Shown here: piece after piece, positions 36,501 to 49,435 of the stretch
Numbering within the stretch: the first letter of the stretch is position 1
Layout: the number at the start of each line of letters is the position of its first letter
Assembly: GCA_003427395.1 (NCBI GenBank)
Contig: BFEA01000044.1
Coordinates: 1,761,974 to 1,825,973 of the forward strand
Reading direction: 5' to 3'
DNA: 64,000 nucleotides
Source of the DNA: Chara braunii
Taxonomy: Eukaryota > Plantae > Charophyceae
Made by a program: the position numbers and the translations under genes
Notes under the pieces: generated by a model
Told to the model about the DNA's origin: nothing
Seen by the model: the letters and a program-made list of their open reading frames with translations, nothing else
The model's database searches: none

Positions 36501-39500
36501 CTACTACACATCAATCCCCCTTTTTTTGTCGGATTAGGGGTAGTGTGTATAGACCGGGCGGTTACAGTCGAGTAAGGAGCGAAAATAAGGGAAAGAAAAG
36601 AGAAAAATTAAAGAAAAGGGAAGGAAAAATGAGAAAGAGTCATGTAGCGAGTCCACACCCTGACTCGAATCGTTTCTTCCATTCGAGTCATCTAAGTGGA
36701 GCCAGGTTGCAGCGGCGCTACGTTTCTTTTTAATTTCCCTTTCTAACTATTATTATTAATCTTACTACTACTATTATTATCATTACTACTATTGCCATTG
36801 GGAATTTCATCTTTTGTTTTTCGTTGCTTCATAGGGGAGCGGACAGTCGATGCTGAAATTTTGCATGAGTAGAACCTGATTGTTCGACTTCTCGCGTTCC
36901 GGTTGCTCTCAGCCTGTTGTAAAGTAGACCCCAAAAGAGGGGTAACTCGCGGCCGCATTGGTAGGAGGTTTATCACCTTCCGCGGAAGGTCATAAGCCCA
37001 CTCCTTGCCATCGGAGACGGGTACCCATTAGTGGTAGCCCGTAAGCGCCTTATGAAAGAAGTGGAGTGTCGGGCGATATTATGGGACCGTTGAGCGCCGG
37101 ACTGTCTGTCTTTTCAAACAAAGTTGACAAGACAGATAGATGCAGACTGAGGAGTCGTGTTCGCGCAGTGACCGTTAATGTCCTACTCTATTCCGTTTTG
37201 AATTATTTTATTAACTTATGAACTACAAATTATTAGAATATCGAATTTTGAAAAGTCATTAAAGTCTCTCATTAGGAACGCAAGCATCGCGGCGTGTAGT
37301 GATCCTATAAGAGTTGAAAGGGGCTAGTTGTTGGCTACTGACTAATAGAAACTCGTAGGCAGCCCCGCTCTGGTAACGTTGGTAGCCTAAGGGAGGCGGG
37401 CAGAACGGTGTGGTGCCCCGTTGGTGAATTCTTTGGGTGCACGTGAGCCAGGTATTTGGCTATTCTGAATGCGGCTATGGCATACCGAAATGGCCTGCGC
37501 GGCTATAGGCAGCTCGAGGATGAGAAGGGTACTTTGGTTGAGACCATACTATCCTACTGAAAGTCGATGTGAGAAGTAAGGCTGACGATTAACGTTTGTG
37601 GGCACCGGGAGCAGGAAATGAGGAGAGACGAGAAACTACAGGCGAGGCGCGCAACAGGGCTAAGCGGAGGTGTAGGTGAGACGGATTGACTGCAGGAATG
37701 CGAGTGACAGTCACTTACCATGCGAATGATTCTTCGACTGGGACTACGACCATGGAGGTGCAGCGTGTCGACCGGGACTCCGAAGGGAAACCTGAAATGA
37801 GTGACGTTGAGGCGGCTCAATCCTAGCACGGGAGGGACCAGTGGCATATGGACCACCCGCCGGCCGGGCCTGTGGAGAGTGGTCCTGAGGACAACTCGCG
37901 ACGACGAGACTAAGCCCACAGGGCAGTTGCGGAGAAAGAGAGAGAGACGTATTTTTGAAAGTGAGAGGAGAGAGGAGCACGACTCCCTGGGCTTCACAAG
38001 TGTTGGTCTACCGAAGAGAGCCGTGAAGAAAAAGAAAGTGGTGTGCATTGGGAGTCACGTCGCGTGACCCATGTATGCTAAGGTGACAGACTGACTCGGT
38101 CGATGCCAGCTGCTCCCCTACTCGATTTGCACTCGTTGTTTCGATGGTCTTCATCTCTAATCTTGGTGGTTCGTATGAGGTCAGCGTGACAATGCTCTAG
38201 CCATAGCGTGGAGATGGAAGGGGGAGGAGCTTGAACGAACAATCTGTGATTAAGGAGCACGCTCTTCTGCAATAGTCGGGGTAGACACACGCCGCAGGGT
38301 GGTGGCCCCTACTATTGTCATCTCGAATCTGCAGGAGGAAGAAAAGCGGAGTGCGCGCGTGCACTGGCCAGGCAAGAGGTGGCCAGAGAGGGAAGAGGCG
38401 AGAGCGCTAAATGGTGACACGCAAAGGTCAACAGGGATCAGAGAGAGGAGTTGGGCGCCTCATGTGTGATCGGTGCGACATCGCACGTTACTGGATGTAG
38501 TTAATGGTTGAACTCAATTCCCCCCTCTATCTGGACTTAGTCGCGAGTTAGCGGGCTATGTATAGAACGTGGCATGTGGTGACCTGCGGTTGCCAAGAGG
38601 GACGAGCAGGGTGTGAGCCCGATCATCGCCGTTGACGTCACCCTCCTCTTCAAGCATGGCACCGTGTGCAGCAGTGAGTAGTGCTGATTTCTGCGGGTTG
38701 CAAATGGCGAAAGTAGTGGAAGACTGCCATATGTATGCAGGTGAGGACGAATTAGGGGGAGAGGTAAGGCGATGGGAGATCCTCTGAGACAGAGAGGGCC
38801 TTCGTGAAGGAGCGGAGTAGCATGCATGAGGATGATGTTGCTGACGTCACCTCTCTTGCTCAAGTCACTGCATAACCGACAGGGGTCAGTCCCCTGGGGC
38901 GAGCTGAGAAACACGCAGTCTCTTAAGAATTTGACGATTGGAGATCTCCCACTCGACTTCTCATCCGAACTCGTTGACTTGGTCTATGTCATGGACGTCG
39001 CGCGTTCATGTGCGCTTGGGATAACTACTAAGGACTTGGTAGTCTGAAAGCGACTCGAGAATTGTCATCAGTGGGCGTACTAAGCGGGAAATAATCTTTG
39101 ATTGATGCTATCTCATTTGCTCGAGTCGTCATGTCATTAAAGGGGCTGTGAATTGGACCCTCACTGAGAGAATAGCAAACACCCACCCTCATCAGGGAGC
39201 AAGTCTGAGACTCTATAGGTGAACTCCGATCCTGAACATGTATTGTATATCGATCTCTCAGTTACACGGTTCGGGTTAAGAGTTGCTTGGGGCTATCGAG
39301 CAGGGTCAACCCGTGATCTTACGCATGCTCCAGAAAACAGTTAGCTAAAATGTGATATTAAATGAGTTGAGGCGGGGAGAGGTGACAGCTGCCCGACTCG
39401 ACAAGTAATCGAGATCTGATGGAAGAACGCAACGTGCAAGGCAGACTATGGGTGTTAGTTGAGATCTCATGTGCTCTGAACCACTCTTGATGAGATGACA

Positions 39501-41590
39501 TTGTGACTGAGAACAGGCTGGAATGTTGAAAGAGTAAAGACAAGTAACAGCTAAGTATATTCTGAGAGTTAAGCGGTTATAAACGTTGTCGGAATTTGAT
39601 GGGCTATGAACTAAGGGGGTTGCTAATTGGTTGTCATGTCTATGAGTGACGAAAAGGTCTGGATAAGTTGCCTTGTCATTTTCCTTTATGGGATTATTAG
39701 TAAAAGAAAAATGATATGCCAGAAATATGAAGGTATGATTGTGAGTATCTGATGGATTGAGTCTCTATGAATTGTCGCTTTATCTAGGTGCTTGATTGCT
39801 GCTCACTCATTTTGCACCCCGTCGCATGTTTCCTCGCCCTTGGTCGTGTAGTGGGCCAAATTGGGTGCTCATTTATATTGTGTTTCCTTTTTTTTTCAGA
39901 CTGGGGGAAAACTCGGCAACGCTTCCTCGATTACTAGAGAGAGTTGAGTAAGTTTTTCCCTATTAAAGTAAAACGGTTGAGTAAGCTTTTCCCTATTAAA
40001 GTAAAACGGCCATGCTTCGCTGCAAAAGCTCCCTCCCTTGATTGATGAATGGGAAAAAGGGTGAATTTAAAGGAGGTTGATTACCTTCTAGTTAAGTATA
40101 TACTCGACGGAGACTAACGAAATCTTTGTCTGTGTGCGTTCTTAACTAGAGGAGCAGATAGGAGACGTGAATTTGACTAACCCTGCACGATGATACAAAT
40201 GAGCTTGTTTTAGAAGTTAGCGTTAATTATAGCCTGATTGTCAAGGATCTGACAGGACTGGGCCCTTTCCCCTATGGAAAGGCCGCTCCTGGTATCAGGC
40301 TGATTACTTTAACTGTGAAAAGTGGAACGTTGTATATGAGAACTGATGCATGCCTAAGCACACAATTCTTAATCCCAAGTTACTGATGGCACGCGCAATT
40401 TGCTTCTCCCTAAGGACTATCTGAGGGGGCACGAGTCTGTTCTCACGAATCTGTGGCGCGGACAAACCAGTCTCCCCTGGCCTTTTTAGGCAGGCCCACC
40501 AGCTCCTAAAAGAGGTGAAGGAACTACCGCCGACTGTCTGTGTGCTTAGCCCAGAGATACTAGTGACCTCGTGAACAACACTAATTAGAGGGTTGTCCAG
40601 ACACGCTTGCGATCAGGCAAGTTCTGTTGGCTATCATACACAGTACACCGCGTAAGGACACCCGGTCTCCCACGTTGGTTATTTAAAGTAGACAAGCCTT
40701 TGCCGCACAGTGCGGCTTTAGCTGGGGTCGCCACTCGCTGTAGTAGCAGACTATCACCAATTGCTTCAAACCCTAGCCAATCGTAGTGTATTTGTCCGTG
40801 ACCAAAGATTGGTATTGTTGGACACTAGTCAAGCTCCCTCAGTACATTTCTTATGATCTCTACTTGGAGCTGTGGCTGAGAACCCTTGCAAAAACAGGTG
40901 AAGCATCAGAGGTGAGAATGCTTTATCGATAACCTATGCACTTCACCAGGATAAGTTGAAAGTTTGGGAAGAGGACACACCTGAGGACTTTCGGTGCCAC
41001 GTAAGGTTAATGAGGGACCTTGCACTAAAAGTGTCGAAAACCCAGAAAAACATCGAATACATCATTTACTCCTATGGGCCTAGCGAAAAACTGTACACTG
41101 CATACTCGTCTCTTGAGACGATTGAAGAGGCCATGACGGAGTCTGAGAGAGTGTGAGAGTGTTGAGATCCCTCTCCTCAAGGACTCCACCAGCATACCCG
41201 ATTAGTAGGCAACACTCAACCCTCTGTGTCCCAGTACTCAGTGTTGCTACCAAGCGGACAGTACTCAGCGTCACTATCAAGTGAATAGAACAGTGACCTG
41301 CAATTAGGTTAACTATATCCAGTGCCTTGACAAGTAACCAGTACTTCGTGACCTATCAGTTTCAGCAACATCAAGCCAGTGGAAAGGGGTTATCAAGAAC
41401 CTCAATCAAGATCAATCAGCATTTAATCAACATTCAAACAGTACATAACTAGTATTTAATCATCAGAGATACTCGAGACTTCCCGTCAGAATCAGTCAAC
41501 CATTGGTCAAACTCGTCACCTTCATCACATATATAGGTGTTACTCTCATCAAAGAGTGGAGAGAACAGTTTCAATAACCAGCTTCGGCCC

Positions 41591-42248
41591 ATGAGCGCTA
41601 TTCAGTCATTCCCCGTCAGTGAGTCGGTTTTGGCCAGCCTCAACAAGATAGCCCTCAAAGATGCAGTCCAACATCGGTACATCAGTGTTGTTGGCTTCAG
41701 ACAGTGAGACCTATCCATTTTTGTTGTTCTCACCAGTTTTGCAGCAGATACCATCCTTAACCTGAGACCCTACGTGAAGAAAGGCAAGGAGACTCATCAA
41801 TGCTTTGACTCAAGTCTGGATTTCAGCAGCCGGATACCTTGAGAAGAGAGAGAGGGAGCTTGATGAAAGTGGTACTAAGCTGATCCGTAGCTTTGGACCC
41901 AAGCTCTACTCTGACTATCCCAAGCCTCCAGTACCTTTCAGTCTCACTGACGGTTCTTGTTGGGGTGACTTGGTAGATCTGGCCAAGAGGTACATCTCAC
42001 CTGCAGTGATTGATTATGAGGCGGTAACCGAGCCATCCGAGTTCTGGCATCTCAGACGAAGGATCTTCTCCCAAACGTATCTTCCTACTCTATGGGAGGA
42101 GTTTTGTGTTATGGTTGACTTCCGCATTATGGCCCTCGGATGGAAGTGCTCGGAGCTTGCAGGCTTTAGGTGGCTCTATATCCAGAAACCACAATTTCAG
42201 GGAGTACGTGGACATGGCTCAAGGCACAGGAAACACACAGCCAAGTGA
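41591..42248 (+). pseudogene. Accessory ORF G, homologue of domain A/B/D/F with C-terminal extension (one stop, one frameshift)
   Basis: LNLRPYV/KARRLINALTQVWISAAGYLEKRERELDESG...PKLYSDYPKPPVPFSLTDGSCWGDLV. Confidence 0.65.
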
Positions 42249-42712
42249 GAGATTGAGTATGTGACCCGGAGGGATAAGTGAGGACTCTTGACAAGTGCTG
42301 GTCGTGTCTCTTCATATGTACTCACTGAAATTATTATGAGCTTTCATTCTTCCCTCATTTATTTGTCATTGTTCAAGTCAGTCAGTCTTGCATCATCTAC
42401 ATTGTCTTTGCTTGATGATTATGTTCTCTGATGATCTCGTCACAGTTCTCAAAATTAGAAAATTGGCAAATTGATGTATGCATGACATGCCTGAATTTTA
42501 CGATTATTATTTGCAGGATTCTTTGCTGTTCCGAATCAAAATAAAAGATTCCTAAGACCGGGGACCGGCGAAGACCGCAATTGAAGGGTCTCGCTCGAAG
42601 AAGCCCGACTAGAAAAAATGTGACAACATTGCAAACTTCAACCAAACCCTGTGTGACAGACTGTTGGCTTTCTGGTCGCCTGAAGAAGCCCGACTAAAAA
42701 AAATGCGACAAC

Positions 42713-43811
42713 ACGCCCTGTAGGCCCACAGCGGCCCTACAAGCCGCAGGTACCAGCTAGGCAGCACTCACTTGTTTATTTATTTATTTATTTTGTGATG
42801 TGCTGACCTACATTTGTCTGTTCAGATGTCATTTCGGACTGCAGGCCCCAAGGCGACGCCTTGGGCGAGGTACACAGGGACGAGGCCGTTTTCAGGCTAG
42901 GAGTGTTCTACATCAGTGGCGTGGTCTTGATACCAGGTAGGGGCCCAGACCAAGTAGGCCATTTTCAGGCCAGTACCTGAGGCGCGCCCAGCAGGCCCAA
43001 CGCTACTTATAGCTGGGCTGAGGGTGGGCAAACACAGTTGGAGTAGCTCACTTCTTCAGCGACACGCTGCTGGTTGAGCGCTGTACTGTTTAGCGCTGCG
43101 CTGCCGAGTTGGAGGGTGAACACCGGAAGACCGAGGGGCGGAGGCCATAACTGCGTTAGGGGACTTACCTGGCGCCATAGCTGGCACTCACACGACGACA
43201 ACAGGACAGCAGTCAGTTCGGCGGTAGCACCTGCAGGTGAGACAACGAGGAAGGTGACATCTTCTTCTTCTTCGCCGGTCTCCCTCTCGTCTCCCTCCTT
43301 TCTCCTCTTCCTTCTTCTTCTTCTTCTTCTTCTTCTTCTTCTTCTTCTTCTTCTTCTTCATCAGACACGAGAGAGAGAGAGGCTACAGGCAGAGGTTACT
43401 GTGGGCAGACCGCCCAAGATCTGATCCGACATTTTTGAGGCAAACATTGATTGGGCATCGGCAAGGGACTATTTTTGGACTTCGCTATTGCGATCTCGGT
43501 CTTCTCCCTCGCCTCTCCCCCCATCTCTCATATGTGGTACCTCCCCATGTGCGTGTACCAAGGAGGGACCTTTCTTCTATGTGTGCGGTCCCTCCTCCTC
43601 TCAGATGTGTGGTGTATGATGGGATGTCGAGTCAGTCCCGATCAGGTCATGACTTATCTTTGACTCTTCCACTGCGCTAGTTTGTGCTATTTTGTATGTA
43701 TCAGGGTGTACATTGCTTATTGATGTTTCACTGACATGGCATTGTCCATTCAGTCCTTTTCATCACATTGTGGATCCTTGGCTCCATATACATCGCCCAA
43801 CCGGGCATGTA

Positions 43812-43814
<3 letters not shown>
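42713..43814. repeat. Partial copy of the 25305-28459 LTR family (one arm), ending ...GGGCATGTATCA next to (CA)n
   Basis: 43160-43814 is reverse-complementary to 25305-25960. Confidence 0.75.
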
Positions 43815-43870
<56 letters not shown>

Positions 43871-45265
43871 TTGAAATTAGCAAAAAAACAAGGCAGGGCT
43901 GTGCTACTGCACGCGAAAAGCATTATAAGGTGTATAGGTGGGAGGGAGAGGGATAAGAAAGGACTTTTTCCTTTTCTTGTGCACTCACCCACAATAACCA
44001 CTCCTAGCCTTAGGGGGAGGCGGCTTTGGGAGATCTGACCAGCGCCATGCCTTAGGGGGGATAATGCAAGGGAGGGGGAGGGGAAGCAGTCTAGGAGGGT
44101 CCAAAACATAGCACCTGCTTTTTCCAACAAACAGGGGTGAAGGGTGGCATTGCAGAGGGAGAGGGGCGGTTGAGGAAGAGGGGGGGTGGGGGCGGGGGTG
44201 GGCTTGCACGTCATTCCTTGTGGCGACTCCTTGTTGCCAGCCATTCCGGCGTGTGGACAGCAAGGTGTACGAGAAGCCACAAGAGTCCTGCCTGGGGTTG
44301 GTTTGGCAACGTCTAGACCACCACCCAAAAGTCCTTCCACTGCTTTTGCGACTACGGCTTCTGGGCCCAGCCCTCCAACCAGCCTTTCTTGACCCATCTA
44401 GTTCTCACCTCCGCGGATGTGTCGTATGGTGGGAGTTGTGTCAGGTAAAGCAACTTCGTAGTGATCTGCTGCAGGGTCTATGGCCGTTGCAAGCTCGCCT
44501 GCGCCAGGAACTCCCAGTTCCCGGGATAGATCTCCAATTGCCAAGTCGGGATGGAGAGCCAGAGGATGCGATTTTTGGAATATGGTGGCGAGGGAAAGCA
44601 GCTCGGGAGGGTCCAAAACACAACTGTTTTCTCCAAAAAACAGGAAAGAAGGAGAGGAGAAGGGATGTGGGAAGTAAGTAGAATGGGTCGGATGCAATTT
44701 ACCACCATCCTCGCCCCCGTCCTTTTAACCACACTCGGCAGTTTTGCACAGCAAAAGGGCAAACGAACACATTATTACTAATTTAAATTTAAGGGCATAC
44801 TCACACTAGCATGTTGTTCAATGAATATGATCTCAATTACCATAGGACTTGGATGAATCTGATCGCAATCACGTCCAGAGCATAGTACGGCCTAAGAAAT
44901 GGTGAAGGAGATCGACAATGCGAGTGATAGGTAACAGAGACAGGTCAAAGGTGCGCTCAAAAACCAGCTTGGTCGCTCACAAGGCTTATAACCTCTGTCG
45001 TCATAGTTTCAAATCCTATCTCCGTCAATACAAAAAACTGATGAAGACTGCTCAGGTTATCTCCGGATGTGGAAGAAGACTGAAACGGAAGCACCCTGCT
45101 GATTAATGACTTCTCAAAGGACTATCGACATAATGGAGGAGGGAGTGTGTGGATACGAACCTTTGGCATGCCCGTATTGGGCCCTCGCCGCAAGCATCAT
45201 GTCTGCCCTAAGTGAAGGCGGGCCCTGCATCTCAAAGAGGCCTGAATATTGCAAATCTAAACAGT

Positions 45266-46153
45266 TGTCGCGCACCAGTCGATTACATGTGCCCTGCTCG
45301 CGAGCATCAGAATCTTCCTTGAGCCTTCTAAGCTCTTCTACTTAAGACTAGGAAGCTGGCCTCTCAGCCAATCAGGAAGCAGGGAATACCTCACTGTGTG
45401 TGTGGTGGTTGGGAGCTGGGCGCTTGTGCAAGAGAGCGCACGTGGGCCCAAGCGACTGTCCGAACGGGCCTGGGCGAAGACACTTTGGCCCAACATGATG
45501 CTACTACGCATGTGCGTGGAACAGTCCAGGCAGCCATCATGCCTGGCCACTTCCCATTTAGGAAGAGCCAGACTACGGACGAGGCATTTCGACATTTGCA
45601 AGTCTGGTGGCAGCACTGTTGCATTGTGAAGTGTAGGCCGTTGGGCGCTTGTGCAAGAGAGCGCCCGTGGGAGCAGGAAGTAGTGAGGGCGCTGCTTCCA
45701 TACCCCAGCCTCCATAGCCCGGCTTGCGCCTGGAAGAAGGTCAGCGGGGTATGGTGGGGGTCCTATGGAAGTGGAAGCTCATGGGTGGAGAGACGAGGGT
45801 GAGCATAGAGAGGGCGAGTGGGGAAGTGATGTGAGAGCACGTACATGATCGTCATGGAGGTCTGCATGAGCGACATCTGCATGTACTCTGGTTGCTGATG
45901 CTGACGTAAACTGGTTGCCTTGTCATTTAGGTTTGTAGTCTAGGCACTGAGCGCCAGTAGGAGGAAGAGCTTCGTGTACATTGTTGATGGTGGCGAGAGA
46001 GGGCTTTCATTGACATCGAGCTCGCTGCTTTGGTTCTCCTTCGGTGTGATAATAGTGCATTTCCGCTTTCTGGACAACTTACAACTATCTGGCTTTCATT
46101 GTGATTTTGCAATTCGGAATTCCGTCATTTCACTATTGCTCATTTTCCTTGCA
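45266..46153 (+). repeat. 5' LTR of Met-primed Gypsy element (TG...CA, ~890 bp)
   Basis: Ends ...TTCCTTGCA 3 nt before the PBS; diverged direct repeat at 54275-55085. Confidence 0.8.
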
Positions 46154-46156
46154 ATT

Positions 46157-46168
46157 TGGTATCAGAGC
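46157..46168 (+). promoter_or_regulatory. PBS for initiator tRNA-Met
   Basis: TGGTATCAGAGC. Confidence 0.9.
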
Positions 46169-46439
46169 TGGTTTGAGCCGCTCCGCTGGCTCCAGCGCAT
46201 TGGAGTATTGGCGCTGTCGGTATGAATACCCTTACAAGGGTATCCGCCCTGTTTTTTTGCAATTGACAGCACTCAGTAGGCCGACCACTTTCTTTGTGTT
46301 AGAACCAGGAAAGGAAAGGAGACTGCGGAGAGAAGCTGAGGGGAGAAGACGATTGCATAGGAAGCACCGGGCAACGCGGAGCGAGCATTCGCAGCTGCAG
46401 CAGCAGCACACACTAGGGCTGAAGTGAAGGCAGCACTGG

Positions 46440-49435
46440 CTACCTCCGCTGCAATGTCCCAGGCCTCTTCTTAGGCCTCTTTATCAGGTGTTAGCCCAGG
46501 TATGTCGCAGCCTTTCACTAGTCAGTTTGCTGGCTCGCAGGTCAGCCAGCAGCAAACCTTGTCACCAGAGGATTACAAGATCCAACAAACCGATGCTCTT
46601 CACGATGAGTTACAGCGCCAATTGTAGGATGTAGAGGATAGGAGAGATAGAACTAGGAGGAAAGCTAGACTAGCGGCTAGCGAATAGGAGTTAAACAGGC
46701 TAGAACAAATGGATGAGTCAACACTTGATCCTGTTGTAAGGTCCCTTTGGTCCAGCCTTTTGAGTGTGGCTGAAGTGCAGGCCGTGCAGCAGGAGATGCT
46801 GGCCTCCCTGATGGCTGGCCAGAATAAGATTTTGGCTGCGCTCCAAGAGTCTAGACCCATGGCTAGGCCAGCGCAACCTGTTCTGGCTCCTCCTGCGGTT
46901 GCAGGTCCATCGATGACGTTGTCGCCCATGAGAAGTCCCTTTGTCCCACAGTTTGGCATAAGTCCACCATGCGGTACATTAGCGGGTATTAGTGGGCAGG
47001 CTCCTGGATTCTTTGGTCCCCCGTGACACCCAAGATACCGTTGCTCACTCCTAAGCCTTTTTCCGACGATAAGAAAAAGGAGGAGAGCCTCAACACATGG
47101 TTGAGGATAGTACCAACGTATGTGAGGCACAAGCTCGCAAAGCCCGATGAGGAGGTACTCGCTGCGTCCTACTTGATCAGCAGCAAGGCCGTTAGACGCA
47201 TTAGTTCAGCAGTACGGATACAGTCAGAACTTCGATGGCTGGGCATAAGCCCGAAGTCTGGAGGAGTTCATGTCGTTACTACAAGAGAGCTGGCATGACC
47301 TTCAGGAGGCACAAAAGGCCATTGATTCACTTGTTAACCTGGGGTCTAGACGATACAGGTCCGTGCGTGAGGTGACTGACGTTGTGGAAAGGTTGATCGT
47401 TGTCCAGAGCATGCAGTACAATACAAAGGTCCTCGTGACCACTTACTTGAGATGTCTGCCTACAGACGTTAAGAACAAGTTGGTCGATGAGGCCTCCATC
47501 GAGGTACACAATTTTCCTTCCTTTAGCAAGAAGGCCTTAGAAATTGAGACCAAGCTTAGGAATGCGCAACAAGCGGTTGGGGATGGGAGGAAGGAGAAGA
47601 TCACCCGAGATTGGAAGAAGAAAGGCAACCTCATGTTCGTTGACCATAACGGCAACGCGAGTGAGGTTGAAAACTTTTCTAACCTTAGGGACGACGCAAA
47701 GGGGGAAGGGGGCTTAGATACCTCAAAGGGTGGGGGTGGTAGCTCCCTTAAAAGAAAAAGCTAAGGGGACCGGAAAACAAAATGGTCCAAAAGTCTAGGG
47801 ACAGACCAAGACCCATCTGCATGGATCAAGATGGGTTTGGAGTACGATGTGTGGCGTGACCGTTATACTCGTGATGCGTGTCTGCATTGTGGCCAGTATG
47901 GGCACACAATTTCTTGCTGCAAGAGTAAGCGTGTCAACACAAAGGTCGCATCCACAATTGTGACTGTGGGACCTTCAACCTCAGGAGGTGCTGCTGCTTC
48001 TATTCGTGTTGAAGTGGTAGACTCACCCTCTCCACTTCAAATAATGGTTGAGACTATTGACTCTATGATGGCCCCGCAAACAGATCCAGACAAATGTATA
48101 CTTTGTACGATGGATGTGTCTGAGTCGTTAAAAAAAGAGTGGTTAGAGAAAGATCCACGTGACTCCTGAGCGATGATGAATATAGGTCCCAGGGGTGAAC
48201 ATTTTATGGCAGAAGTCGATGTCTGTGGACGTAAAGTAGGAGCCTTCGCAAACATCGGCTCTATACCTAGGCTACCAGAGTGGCCCGGGGTCACTTGCCC
48301 GGCCGGGCCAAAATAATTAAAAAAAATAAAAAAAGATAAAATATTTTTGAATTTTATTTTTTATTTTAAATTTGGTGAAGAATTTCGATGTGACCCTGAG
48401 GCAAAAGTTGTTCAGTTTATTTTTCTGCATAACATAGTTATTTTTCAGAATTTTTGGATTTTTTTTTTTTTTTTTTTTTTTGCTGGGACCTTACCTGATC
48501 CTTGCACGGGCTGACCACCCGGGACCCGGGCAGCCCGGCTGGTAGCCTAGCTCTATACAGAATTTCATTAGTCGTGCTCATCTAGGTTGCACTTAGGGGA
48601 CCAAGTGCAACGACTTAGCAGATATGTGGCATCCACTTCAGCCAACAAGCACTCAATAGTTGGATGTAGTCTGCAACTTCTCGTATGGAGGAGGGGAATT
48701 AAGAGACAAGATCTCATTCCTGGTTAGTGACGAGCTGCCATTCGACATGTTGCCAGGAATGTATTGCCTCGAGGCTGCTAAGCCTCAATTTGATTTGGAT
48801 AGGAAGGTGATGCTCTACAAGTTGCCAAATGGGAGGACCACTAGTCTACAAAAGTATAGGGCTAGCAGACTAGTTGAGTCTTGTGGCTGCATGCGCACGT
48901 CCGCTTTCTACAATTACTATAGGCCGGAATCGCGAGGAAGGTATGTACCTAGTTCTTGTCTTTGTGAAAGGGGAGGCCATCAAAACATCCCTAGAGATAG
49001 AAGCAGTCGTTGCTCAATATCCAGATCTTTTCGAAGAGCCTAGGGGCGTAGTCGAGAGGGAGGTTGTCCATGCTATTGAAGTCGCTCATGGTAGTGAAAT
49101 GCCTAAAGGATGGATTTACCGATGTCTCCTACGATGTAGGATGAGCTTCGCCGACGGCTTAAAGAGCTCACAAAGAAGGGTTGGATCTGACCTAGTACCT
49201 CCCCTTATGGCACACCAATCCCATTTGTTCCTAAGAAGGGGGGTACTTTGAGGATGTGCATTGATTACAGAGGCCTCAATGTCATCACAGTTAAGATCGT
49301 TGAGCCCCTACCATGCATCGATGACCTCTTGGATCGAGTGCAAAGATGTCAGTATTTCACAAAGATAGATATGACGTCCGAACATACAATCAGATTGCTA
49401 TTAGGTTTGAAGATCAACACAAAACCGTTTTATAC
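46440..49435 (+). pseudogene. Gypsy gag-protease-5' RT, truncated
   Basis: Zinc knuckle CLHCGQYGHTISCC; degenerate protease AFANIGS; LRMCIDYRGLN...PLPCIDDLLDR...FTKID...YNQIAIRFEDQHKT. Confidence 0.9.
48267..48550. mobile_element. hAT-like MITE, 284 bp, inserted in the protease region
   Basis: Perfect 12-bp TIR CTAGGCTACCAG; perfect 8-bp TSD CTCTATAC. Confidence 0.92.

Larger units (their letters stand above)
32560..42712 (+). mobile_element. 3' part of a second Gypsy element related to the first: integrase tail, long 3' region with nested insertions, LTR-like end near 42710
   Basis: ETQWTKQLEPRWLGPYKI...GSRLRKFI (32670-32909) is homologous to ETQWTKRLEARWMGPF...GSRIRKFI of element 1; continuity across the 10 kb is inferred. 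Confidence 0.5.

Noticed and set aside
45038-45096. Second hammerhead (CTGATGA...GAAAC)
   Set aside because: No stem II complementarity and no stem III with a cleavage triplet.
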